Shown in pieces: positions 47,712 through 59,279 of a stretch of 64,000 nt of DNA. Position numbers and translations under genes: made by a program. Numbering within the stretch: position 1 is the stretch's first letter; every line of letters starts with the position of its first letter. This DNA comes from Macrostomum hystrix (taxonomy: Eukaryota > Animalia > Platyhelminthes), in the NCBI GenBank assembly GCA_950097015.1, contig CATNEN010000038.1, positions 11,408,001-11,472,000 on the forward strand, written 5' to 3'. The notes below the pieces were generated by a model. The model was not told where the DNA came from. It ran no database searches and was given only the letters and a program-made list of their open reading frames with translations.

Positions 47712-49540
47712 ATAATCAGGAAACTGACTAATCAGGAAACTGACTAATCAGGAAACTGACCAATCAGGAAACTGACTAATCAGGAAACTGACCAATCAGG
47801 AAACTGACTAATCAGGAAACTGACTAATCAGGAAACTGACTGATCAGGAAACTGACTAATCAGGAAACTGACTAATCAGGAAACTGACTGATCAGGAAAC
47901 GGACTAATCAGGAAACGGACTAATCAGGAAACTGACCAATCAGGAAACTGACCAATCAGGAAACTGACTAATCAGGAAACTGACTAATCAGGAAACTGAC
48001 TAATCAGGAAACTGACTAATCAGGAAACTGACTAATCAGAAAACTGACTAATCAGGAAACTGACTAATCAGGAAACTGACTAATCAGGAAACTGACTAAT
48101 CAGGAAACTGACTAATCAGGAAACTGACTAATCAGGAAACTGACCAATCAGGAAACTGACTAATTAGGAAACTGACTAATCAGGAAACTGACTAATCAGG
48201 AAACTGACTAATCAGGAAACTGACTGATCAGGAAACTGACTGATCAGGAAACTGACTGATCAGGAAACTGACTAATCAGGAAACGGACTAATCAGGAAAC
48301 TGACCAATCAGGAAACTGACTAATCAGGAAACTGACTAATTAGGAAACTGACTAATCAGGAAACTGACCAATCAGGAAACTGACTAATTAGGAAACTGAC
48401 TAATCAGGAAACTGACTGATCAGGAAACTGACTAATCAGGAAACTGACTAATCAGGAAACTGACTAATCAGGAAACTGACTAATTAGGAAACTGACTAAT
48501 TAGGAAACTGACTGATCAGGAAACTGACTGATCAGGAAACTGACTAATCAGGAAACTGACCAATCAGGAAACTGACTAATCAGGAAACTGACTAATTAGG
48601 AAACTGACCAATCAGGAAACTGACTAATTAGGAAACTGACTAATCAGGAAACTGACTGATCAGGAAACTGACTAATCAGGAAACTGACTAATCAGGAAAC
48701 TGACTAATCAGGAAACTGACCAATCAGGAAACTGACTAATTAGGAAACTGACTAATCAGGAAACTGACTGATCAGGAAACTGACTAATCAGGAAACTGAC
48801 CAATCAGGAAACTGACTAATCAGGAAACTGACTAATTAGGAAACTGACTAATCAGGAAACTGACCAATCAGGAAACTGACTAATTAGGAAACTGACTAAT
48901 CAGGAAACTGACTGATCAGGAAACTGACCAATCAGGAAACTGACTAATCAGGAAACTGACCAATCAGGAAACTGACTAATCAGGAAACTGACTAATTAGG
49001 AAACTGACTAATCAGGAAACTGACCAATCAGGAAACTGACTAATTAGGAAACTGACTAATTAGGAAACTGACTGATCAGGAAACTGACTAATCAGGAAAC
49101 TGACTAATCAGGAAACTGACTGATCAGGAAACTGACTAATCAGGAAACTGACTAATCAGGAAACTGACTGATCAGGAAACTGACTAATCAGGAAACTGAC
49201 TAATCAGGAAACTGACTAATCAGGAAACTGACTAATCAGGAAACTGACTAATCAGGAAACTGACTAATCAGGAAACTGACTAATCAGGAAACTGACTAAT
49301 TAGGAAACTGACTAATCAGGAAACTGACTATTCGGGAAACTGACTAATTAGGAAACTGACTAATTAGGAAACTGACTAATCAGGAAACTGACTATTCGGG
49401 AAACTGACTGATCAGGAAACTGACTAATTAGGAAACTGACTAATCAGGAAACTGACTAATCAGGAAACTGACTAATTAGGAAACTGACTAATCAGGAAAC
49501 TGACTAATTAGGAAACTGACTAATCAGGAAACTGACTATC
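47712..49540. repeat. 16-bp minisatellite between TBC1D22 and MRPS12
   Basis: Unit AATCAGGAAACTGACT, >100 copies. Confidence 0.97.
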
Positions 49541-50390
49541 GACAACTTTGGAAGCCGACTATCGACTAATGAGGAAACTGACTAATTGACTAATTGGGAA
49601 ATATGAAATTTTGAAACTCGAGGTAGTTTCAAGAAAGCAAGTAATTTAGCATTTTAACTACAAGTTTTGCTTAACTTCACTAAAATCAAGTTGGGGGCAG
49701 GATGGCATGTTTGAAAAGTCTGGAAAAATTATCCGATACACATAAATTAGAATTTTGTTATAAAAGACAATCACAGGATCAAAAAAGACTGTTTTCGTAG
49801 ACACTGGAACAAAAATTAACTCATAAATTCATAAATTTTTAGGACAATCACAACAAGACAAGACAGTTAGGCAAATCAAGATAACAATAAAAGTATTATA
49901 TTATCTAAATCTCCACAGCAGCAAACGCAAAGTTCAATAATTATATTGAATCGAGAAAATTTTATTATAACATTGGCATACTAGCAACTAGCTATATACA
50001 TGTCTTGCACAAAGCAATCAGAGAAGAAAAATTACGAAAAAAACCAGAACCGATCAATACAACAATTTCCACCTGAACAATTGCAGAGGCCATAGACACT
50101 ACCCAGCTGTGATATGGTTATCGGCATTAGCTTGGCTAAATATTTGGGTCTGAGTGAAGGCCCTATCCCCAGTCCATGGACTGAACAGCTGTACACAGCA
50201 GCGGCTGTACACCTCGCTCAATTAGGCTCTAAGTGTCATTTCTAAACATTTTTTCTTCCACTACAGCAGGTGGTCCTGGGTTTGCATATACGACAATTCT
50301 TTAGGCCAAGCAATAATTTTGTAATAACTTGAGGCAAATACAATGCATCAGGAATAAGGACTTTACATTAAAAAAATCTATAACCAATGA

Positions 50391-53300
50391 TCAGCTGTGA
50401 ATGGCTTTATCCAAATGATTTGGCGCGTCAGCGAACCACGATTTGAGTTTGAAAGCCTCAGCAAGGAGCAGCGTGACCTCCTCGTCGCCCCATTGATGCG
50501 TTGGCAGATCCTGCAGCATCAGCATGAGGCCTTGAAAATCTGATTCACGTTTCAGATCGCGCGAAAACCGCAATAGAAAGGCCGCGCACACGTACAGGTG
50601 AAAATGAGAGAAGCCGTCTACCTCGGACTGCGGGTGGCGAAGTGAGAATTGGCGGCATAAATATTTTTATCTGCTCTTTGCTGACTCTTCACAATGCTTT
50701 GATCTAACCGCCCAACAGCCCTTTTTACATTTTATCTTACCGCCGCTTCTCACCATCATTTTAAGTTTTTAAGGCTACTATCCACTCGACTAGTACAATA
50801 TCAGTTCTTTGATGTTACCGCCTACTCTACAATATCAGTTCTTTGATGTTACCGCCGACTCTACAATATCAGTTCTTTGATGTTACCGCCTACTCTACAA
50901 TATCAGTTCTTTGATGTTACCGCCTACTCTACAATATCAGTTCTTTGATGCTGCCGCCTACTTGAGGATATCAGTTCTTTGATGCTACCGCCACTCTACA
51001 ATATCAGTTCTTTGATGAAACCGCCCACTAAGCTCATTTATGTCAGCGATTTGTCACCGCCAAGTATACAATATGGATTCTTTGATGTTAACGCAGCCTA
51101 TTTAAATTACTTTAAACTATTTGATTGGCCACGATTCAATCTACGCGGCCTCTATAAATGGCTCACATGATAAGTGTCCCACAATCGTATGATGCAACGC
51201 AGAGGAATCTCTCGCATTAATAAATTGTTCATCCAGCGGAAAGCAAACTGCAGGTATTCAACTTCGTGCCGCTCAAGGTGAGAATCCAAGTCGCCTGTAA
51301 GGTGTAAACATTTTTTTCATAGATTCGATATAATTAGTACTACCATTAAAAATACGATAAACAAAATAGCGATATTATCAGTCGTTTTAGAAGTCGTTAT
51401 CAGTCGTTCGAGAGTCACTTCACTAACTGGAGTTTTAGTAGTTAGAGAAGCGTTTGAGTAGTTAGAGAAGCGTTTAAGTAGTTAGAGAAGCGTTTGAGTA
51501 GTTAGAGAAGCTTTTGAGTAGTTAGAGAAGCGTTTGAGTAGTTAGAGAAGCGTCTGGGTAGTTTGAGAAGCGTTTGAGTAGTTAGAGAAGCGTTTGAGTA
51601 GCTAGAGAAGCGTTTGAGTAGTTTGAGAAGCGTTTGAGTAGTTTGAGAAGCGTTTGAGTAGCTAGAGAAGCTTTTGAGTAGTTAGATAAGCGTTTGGGTA
51701 GTTTGAGAAGCGTTTGGGTAGTTAGAGAAGCGTTTGAGTAGTTAGAGAAGCGTTTGAGTAGTTAGAGAAGCGTTTGAGTAGTTTGAGAAGCGTTTGAGTA
51801 GTTTGAGAAGCGTTTGGGTAGTTAGAGAAGCGTTTGAGTAGTTAAAGAAGCGTTTGGGTAGTTAGAGAAGCGTTTGAGTAGTTAGAGAAGCGTTTGAGTA
51901 GTTTTAGAAGAGTTTGAGTAGTTAGAGAAGCGTTTGAGTAGTTAGAGAAGCGTTTGAGTAGTTAGAGAAGCGTTTGAGTAGTTAGAGAAGCGTTTGAGTA
52001 GTTAGAGAAGCGTTTGAGTAGTTAGAGAAGCTGTTGAGTAGTTAGAGAAGCGTTTGGGTAGTTAGAGAAGCGTTTGAGTAGTTAGAGAAGCGTTTGAGTA
52101 GTTAGAGAAGCGTTTGAGTAGTTAGAGAAGCGTTTGAGTAGTTAGAGAAGCTTTTGAGTAGTTAGAGAAGCGTTTGAGTAGTTTGAGAAGCGTTTGAGTA
52201 GTTAGAGAAGCGTTTGAGTAGCTAGAGAAGCGTTTGAGTAGTTTGAGAAGCGTTTGAGTAGTTTGAGAAGCGTTTGAGTAGTTAGAGAAGCTTTTGAGTA
52301 GTTAGAGAAGCGTTTGAGTAGTTAGAGAAGCTGTTGAGTAGTTAGAGAAGCGTTTGGGTAGTTAGAGAAGCGCTTGAGTAGTTAGAGAAGCGTTTGAGTA
52401 GTTAGAGAAGCGTTTGAGTAGTTAGAGAAGCGTTTGGGTAGTTAGAGAAGCGTTTGAGTAGTTAGAGAAGCGTTTGAGTAGTTAGATAAGCGTTTAAGTA
52501 GTTAGAGAAGCGTTTGAGTAGTTAGAGAAGCGTTTAAGTAGTTAGAGAAGCGTTTGAGTAGTTTGAATCCATAAGTTAGAGAAGCGTTTAAGTAGTTAGA
52601 GAAGCGTTTGAGTGTTTAGAGAAGCGTTTGAGTAGTTAGAGAAGCGTTTGAGTAGTTTTAGAAGAGTTTGAGTAGTTTGAGAAGCGTTTGAGTAGTTAGA
52701 GAAGCGTTTGAGTAGTTAGAGAAGCGTTTGAGTAGTTAGAGAAGCGTTTGGGTAGTTAGAGAAGCGCTTGAGTAGTTAGAGAAGCGTTTGAGTAGTTAGA
52801 GAAGCGTTTGAGTAGCTAGAGAAGCGTTTGGGTAGTTAGAGAAGCGTTTGGGTAGTTAGAGAAGCGCTTGAGTAGTTAGAGAAGCGTTTGAGTAGCTAGA
52901 GAAGCGTTTGAGTAGTTTGAGAAGCGTTTGAGTAGTTTGAGAAGCGTTTGGGTAGTTAGAGAAGCGTTTGAGTAGTTAAAGAAGCGTTTGGGTAGTTAGA
53001 GAAGCGTTTGAGTAGTTAGAGAAGCGTTTGAGTGTTTAGAGAAGCGTTTGAGTAGTTAGAGAAGCGTTTGAGTGTTTAGAGAAGCGTTTGAGTAGTTAGA
53101 GAAGCGTTTGAGTGTTTAGAGAAGCGTTTGAGTAGTTTTAGAAGAGTTTGAGTAGTTTGAGAAGCGTTTGAGTAGTTAGAGAAGCGTTTGGGTAGTTAGA
53201 GAAGCGCTTGAGTAGTTAGAGAAGCGTTTGAGTAGTTAGAGAAGCGTTTGAGTAGTTAGAGAAGCGTTTGGGTAGTTAGAGAAGCGTTTGAGTAGTTAGA

Positions 53301-55512
53301 GAAGCTTTAGAGTAGTTAGAGAAGCGTTTGAGTAGTTAGAGAAGCGTTTGAGTAGTTAGAGAAGCGTTTGGGTAGTTAGAGAAGCGTTTGACTAGTTAGA
53401 GAAGCTTTAGAGTAGTTAGAGAAGCGTTTGAGTAGTTTGAGAAGCGTTTGGGTAGTTAGAGAAGCGTTTGAGTAGTTAAAGAAGCGTTTGGGTAGTTAGA
53501 GAAGCGTTTGAGTAGCTAGAGAAGCTTTTGAGTAGTTAGAGAAGCGTTTGGGTAGTTTGAGAAGCGTTTGAGTAGTTTGAGAAGCGTTTGAGTAGTTAAA
53601 AAAGCGTTTGGGTAGTTTGAGAAGCGTTTGAGTAGTTTAAGAAGCGTTTGAGTAGTTTAAGAAGCATTTGAGTAGTTTAAGAAGCGTTTGAGTAGTTTGG
53701 TCGAAATAGAATAAGAAGCGAATAGCTCACCGTCAACTCGTTGAATAATCTTTCTGAGCGCCAGCACATTCTGTTGAATACCCGGCTGAGGAAACACAAA
53801 GTTTTCCTGAATGGTGTCCAGCAGAGCGGACAGGGACCAATAGCAGTCGGCCTCGATGCAGGCCAGTTGGTCCTCGTTAGGGGGCTCGCCTCTCAGTTTA
53901 AGTCTGTCGCTGGAGTCCACATCGACGGTGCAATATTCAGACAAATAGACTATAAAATATGGCGTCACCAGGTCGTTCATACCCTGCACATAGGTGCTAG
54001 CCGGCCGACGCATGCTCCAGATGAACAGTATGCGAGCGAACACCTGGGCAAAGGTGAAAAAATGGTCATAAATATTTCCAATTAAACTTTTAGATATTAA
54101 CTGTGACGACGAAATTGGTCTAGAACTCTAAAAATACAGCTAGAAGCCTGCATTAACAGTAGAGAAACCACGGTGAGTATTTTAAAACAACCAAAATATT
54201 CAACCGATTGTTATAAAAACTCAGAACACGGGCCAAAATTTTCCGTTGTATACGAAATATAGGCAACGTTTTTCTGCTCACAAAACTTCATGATGTAACC
54301 ATGTCGTTATCATTGTTAATTGTTAATTTTTCTTTCAAGTGATCTAATCCTCGCCATAATGTCTTTTCTTCCCTATTTCTTCTCGTCTCCTCCTTATAAA
54401 TTCTAGGCTACCATAGACTACAGATTTTAGCTCGGTCAGTCAAACGAGGAAGCCCCTCCCCTCTAGTCAGGACGAGCGCAGTCCAAAGCCGTTCTAGGCC
54501 ATAGACAACGAGTTCAAGATGCCGCTCAGCTCGACCTACAATTCACTGAGGAGATAGTCAGCTGGTGTCCTGGCCATAGACTATAGATCGCTACAGGCAA
54601 AGCATCACCCAATGGTAAGAATACCCGGCAGTCAATAGGCAGACAGACCTGGTGAAAGTGGGCGTGCTCGGCTAGCACGGGCATGCGCACCAGATCTTTC
54701 AGTATCTGCTTGTACATGCCGTCATTGCCCGGCTGGGTCCGCTTGCCATAGTATTCGTCAACCATGCCGGCGTACATTCGCCTCTTCTCTAACAGTACGC
54801 CATCTCGCCTAGATGAATTCACAGGCGCATATTTGATTAGCAGTTTCCACACAATGGGCCTCACAGTCTGGGTCACGCCAGACCAGGCCAGGCGTCTCAA
54901 TTCGTCCATATTAGTTGCTGGGGCGTCGATTAGTGAAGAAAACTTTTTCTCCTTTTCCACAGTGTCGGCCGACTTGCCGCCGCCGCTGCTACCAACTCCG
55001 ACGCCGACACTGGCGCCGCCGCCATCCGCGGAGAGCCGACGGTGTGCGCAATACACTGCGTGAATCTGGCCGGATGTGTAGCCACTCTGGCGAACTCCTA
55101 GGCCTGGCGCTAGAGGCTTCGGCTTCGGCCGGCTCACCTGCTGGCTCCTCTGCTGCTGCTGCTGCGAATCTTTGACCGACTTCTTGCCATCCGACGACGA
55201 AGCAACGGCGGCGGCAACAACAGTTGAAGATAATGTCGACGAAGAAGTCTGCGCAGGTTGGTTGCCAACAGAGCGGCGATGATTTTCAATCACCTGGCAG
55301 TTGAAGGTAGGTGATGAAATTCAAAGAATCAATCTAAACTGAGATATTAAATTAAAAAATCACCTGGTTAGCCGTCGCACTAGCCAGGGAGGCTGAGTGC
55401 TGCACTTGATTAAGAAACTCTTCATCATTAGCATCCCAGACGTCATCTGTGCCTCGGCTGAACTTATCAAAAGCCAGCGAGCTTTGCGAGTTGTGCGAAG
55501 CAATGGTTGCAG
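50391..55512 (-). CDS. TBC1D22: TBC1 domain RabGAP, TBC1D22A/B (Gyp1) ortholog; start exon not resolved
   Basis: Exons ~55512-55364, 55293-54649, 54043-53731, 51294-51167, 50627-50391. Motifs ELRRLAWSGV..VRPIVWKLL, QILKDLVR (Arg finger), YVQGMNDLVTP (Gln finger), IEADCYW, YLQFAFRWMNNLLMREIPL..RLWDTY, FHLYVCAAFL, LLLAEAFKLK..FADAPNH. Confidence 0.9.
50793..51090. repeat. 34-bp minisatellite in TBC1D22 last intron
   Basis: Unit TACAATATCAGTTCTTTGATGTTACCGCCTACTC. Confidence 0.9.
51437..53700. repeat. 20-bp satellite in TBC1D22 intron 51295-53730
   Basis: Unit GAGAAGCGTTTGAGTAGTTA, identical consensus to 25183-28222. Confidence 0.97.
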
Positions 55513-56837
55513 CTGATTGGTTTAGACAAGTTATTATTATGCACTGTAGTGCAATGCTCAAAATGGAGCTGTAACATATTTCCAGTGAAATGGCCAGTAT
55601 GATTAAATTATAACTTGCTTAACTTCGAAAAATGAGCTACAATCTGAATATTCAGGTAAACAGCTAGAGTAACATGTATTTAAATATTAAGGAAAGTTCC
55701 TTGTCATTTAATTAGTTCTTAAAAAATTAAATTTCAGATTTTTTAAGCTGTATGCCATATTCAAGATTATTAATCAAACACAATTTGTGAAAAGGAAATA
55801 GACAAACAAGACATACAAGACAAAGAGATTTGCACACACAAAAAAGTTTTGCTTAGCTAGCTAGCTACCAGGTAACTTAATAACTGTCAATTTGTCAAAC
55901 TAACTACTTAGTTTGGTCTCTCAGTCTTTCAGTCATATAAAAGATGCATAATTTTGTTTTCAGTACAGCTTTACTATTGTAATAAACATAAGAAGCTAAA
56001 ATAATTGCTAGTTTCTTAAGTTTTGTGAAAAAAAAATAATATTACCTTGCCAAGAAGTAGCTAAAGATTAAAGAACTTTTATCATTTTTTGATAATACAA
56101 CTGAGCAATCTCTATTTAAAAATAGAGATTCAAAAACATAAAAACCTATTGAGGTCTAGAGCTGCTTACCCCAAACTATGTTGATAATAATTCTGAGAGA
56201 AATAGTATAACTTATAAGTAAAATTAAAAGTAAAGTAACATGTCTCTACTTAGGATTACATCTAATTTGACCATACCAGGGTGGTATTTGGGATGCTAGA
56301 AATTTTGTCTGCTACCATTTGCATTTTCAAATGAACTAAATCTTTAGATAGCCATAAAAATAAATTAATCTAGCTACTTTAGCTAATTGTTTATAAATGG
56401 TTTGCCAAGTCTAAAACAAAAATACTTAAGATATGTGCTCAACTATCTAGATCATATAACATTTAGGATATTTTGGATTTAACTGAAATTAAAAAGCTAT
56501 ACAAAGTGGAAGTTAGTTATTCAAAGAAATCCATTTATAAAAACTGGTCTTTTTAATGACCTTTTTACTGCTCGCACCGGCGGGACACAGTGCCTGTGAG
56601 GTATGAGTCAGACCAGGCCCACGGGCTAAGGTCTGCGATGCCTCACACCTGCAGTCGCTTTTTGAGCAGGCTTGGCAGGAAGGAGACCTGTGCCTTCGGG
56701 TGCAGGAATCCCTCCACGCTGCCCCATCAGCTGACCCATGGGTACACACCCCGCGAGTGTTCAAGGCTGCCCCTAGGGCAGCCGGACAGAATGGGCAACA
56801 GCGCTGGATGACCCATCTAGGGCCTCTGGCCAAACTG

Positions 56838-57490
56838 GGTACCTCTAGCCCCGGCTGGAGGGAAAGGTGCCACCCTTTGACCTTAACAGGGTATGCGGCT
56901 AGTCCGCAACGATCGTGCACCTGTGCGTGATCAGGTACCTCTGGCTACGGCTCTGAGGGAAAGGTGTCACCCTTTGACCTTAACAGGGTATGCGGCTAGT
57001 CCGCAACGTTCGTGCACCTGTGCGTGATCAGGTACCTCTGGCTACGGCTCTGAGGGAAAGGTGTCACCCATTGACCTTAACAGGGTATGCGGCCAGTCCG
57101 CAGTTTTCGTGCACCTGTGCGTGATCAGGTACCTCTGGCTACGGCTCTGAGGGAAAGGTGTCACCCTTTGACCTTAACAGGGTATGCGGCCAGTCCGCAG
57201 CTTCGTGCACCTGTGCGTGATCAGGTACCTCTGGCTACGGCTCTGAGGGAAAGGTGTCACCCTTTGACCTTAACAGGGTATGCGGCCAGTCCGCAGCTTC
57301 GTGCACCTGTGCGTGATCAGGTACCTCTGGCTACGGCTCTGAGGAAATGGTGTTACCCTTTGACCTTAACAGGGTATGCGGCCAGTCCGCAGCTTTGTGC
57401 ACCTGTGCGTGATCAGGTACCTCTGGCTACGGCTCTGAGGAAATGGTACTACCCTTTGACCCTAACAGGGTATGCGGCCAGTCCGCAGGC
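56838..57490 (+). repeat. Seven 96-97-bp tandem monomers in the retrotransposon 5' UTR
   Basis: GGTACCT recurs at 56838, 56934, 57031, 57128, 57224, 57320 and 57416. Confidence 0.92.
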
Positions 57491-57692
57491 CTCGGTACCG
57501 GCCTTTTGGTACCCTCTAATGTCCCCAGTGCATCCGTGCTGCTGGGCTTTGCCGGACTTCAGTCCGCGCTTTGGTTGGGGAGTATTCCAGCCGCTAACGG
57601 TGCCTTTTTGCTGCTCCCGGCTGGCTTGGGGTGTCGGCCAGTCGGGCTTTTCACACTCGTGTAACGAGCAGCCCCCCACCTGCTTTTCAGCC

Positions 57693-59279
57693 ATGGCCTC
57701 GCCCATCTCTTCTTTCGAAACCGAGCTAAACTCGGCCGCTCCGGACGCTGCCACTGGCAGGTCCCACGTCCTCGGTGCAGCTGGTGGGACTGAGAATCCC
57801 GCCACTGAAATCGTCGACCAGAATAAACGCAACCCGAGCCGCAAGCACTCGGAGGAAGCGCGTGTAAGGCGCAACCAGAAGCGCAACGAACGCCGCCGTA
57901 ATGCTGCGGCGGCCGCGACTGGTGGGCGCCCGACACCTGCACACGAGGCGGGTGCGAAAGATGCGGCAGGGCCACCTGGATCCGCCGCCCCCCCCACCGC
58001 CGCTCCGGCCAGCACCATCTCCAAGGCCGGCACCGACGCCGACGGAAAGAGCGTGGGAGGCGCAGCAGGGCCATCTGGAGCCGCCGCCCCCACCGCCATC
58101 ATGGCCACCACCACCCACAAGGCCGGCACGTCCAACGCCAGCAAGGCCAAGGAGACCTATGCCTCCAAAGCCAAGCGGGAGCCTGTCCAGCCGGCGATCA
58201 TTGTGGTCGGCGAGGAACAGGACCTCTCAAACGAGCAGCTCAAAAGCATGCTCAGGACCATCGACGAGGGCCTCACGGACCTGGCACTGGCAGGGACACC
58301 AGTCAGCGTTGTCAGGTCCGAAGCGCAGGAGGGGGCTGTCCTCCTCTGGTGCAAATCGGCGGGGGATAGCCGCCTACTGCGCGATCGGATCAAAGACTTC
58401 AAGTGGGGCACCGATGTCGGAAGACTGAGGTGCACCACCGAGTCCGAGCGTCCACGGACCCGACGTCATCGTGTCTGGGTCCCCGACGCCTGCTCAATCC
58501 GGTCCGGGGACCAACTTCGGCAGCTGCTGCTGAAGATGAACCCGGACCTCCCAGGCTCCGGGCTGATCTGCCACGAAACCGTCCGCAAAGAAGCGGAGGG
58601 TTTCACGGCAATCTACGGCTTCTCCGAAGCCTGGTCCAAAAGGATCCCTCACAAGAGCGTAATCAAACCGGGACTCTACCCGCTGACCATCCTGGATTGT
58701 CAGGAGAGGAAGGCCGGGGAGGGATCGGAAAATAAGCGGGCCGCTCCTGGCTCTGGGGCGAAAGCTCCGCCAGCTAAGCGGCATGCAACGTCCGCGGACC
58801 CCCGCCCGGGCAAAAATATCCGCATCGCCGAATCCGGCCCCCGAGATCGTAGACCAGCCCGCAACAACTGCAAATCGGGCCTGGTCTTGCGGGCGCTCAG
58901 CGAAGCCGGAGCGCTCAGAGAGCACCTGGAGCGCTCCCGCGCTACAAAAGCGCAAACCTCCCTTCCTCCCAGCCAGCCGCAAAGTGCCGGGACCCACGGA
59001 GCGGTGGCCACCGACTGGTCTGAGGATCCCCCTCACTGGAAGGAGGCTGCCATCCACACGGACCCGACCCCCGAGGGCGAGGCGTCGAGTGACGGCAGCG
59101 ACTGCACCGTTGTTGGGTGGAGCGGCCGGGACACGCAGCGGTCAGAGCAGCAGCTCTCCACAGCGATTCCCGCCGTTCCCTCCACAGCGGTTGCGGGCGC
59201 GCCGCTACTCATGGAGGTCTGCAGCCCGACCCCGTCTGAGGAGGACGAGCTGCTCAAGGAGACTCCCGCTGGACCATGA
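57693..59279 (+). CDS. Retrotransposon ORF1 (gag-like, basic N-terminus, DUF4780-like core by motif resemblance)
   Basis: First plausible Met after the monomers (MASPISS). Arg/Lys-rich NLS-like stretch, TYASKAK, LLWC..W..RVWVP..MNPDL. Its TGA overlaps the ORF2 ATG (ATGA at 59276-59279). Confidence 0.75.
   Translation: MASPISSFETELNSAAPDAATGRSHVLGAAGGTENPATEIVDQNKRNPSRKHSEEARVRRNQKRNERRRNAAAAATGGRPTPAHEAGAKDAAGPPGSAAPPTAAPASTISKAGTDADGKSVGGAAGPSGAAAPTAIMATTTHKAGTSNASKAKETYASKAKREPVQPAIIVVGEEQDLSNEQLKSMLRTIDEGLTDLALAGTPVSVVRSEAQEGAVLLWCKSAGDSRLLRDRIKDFKWGTDVGRLRCTTESERPRTRRHRVWVPDACSIRSGDQLRQLLLKMNPDLPGSGLICHETVRKEAEGFTAIYGFSEAWSKRIPHKSVIKPGLYPLTILDCQERKAGEGSENKRAAPGSGAKAPPAKRHATSADPRPGKNIRIAESGPRDRRPARNNCKSGLVLRALSEAGALREHLERSRATKAQTSLPPSQPQSAGTHGAVATDWSEDPPHWKEAAIHTDPTPEGEASSDGSDCTVVGWSGRDTQRSEQQLSTAIPAVPSTAVAGAPLLMEVCSPTPSEEDELLKETPAGP

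Noticed and set aside
55513-56557. TBC1D22 start exon
   Set aside because: Candidate donors at ~56045 and ~56169 exist, but no convincing in-frame ATG exon was found; left unresolved.
56838-57490. Twister or hammerhead ribozyme in the LINE monomers
   Set aside because: CCTTAAC..GTCCGCAGC is suggestive, but P4 and the pseudoknot pairings are not conserved across monomers.
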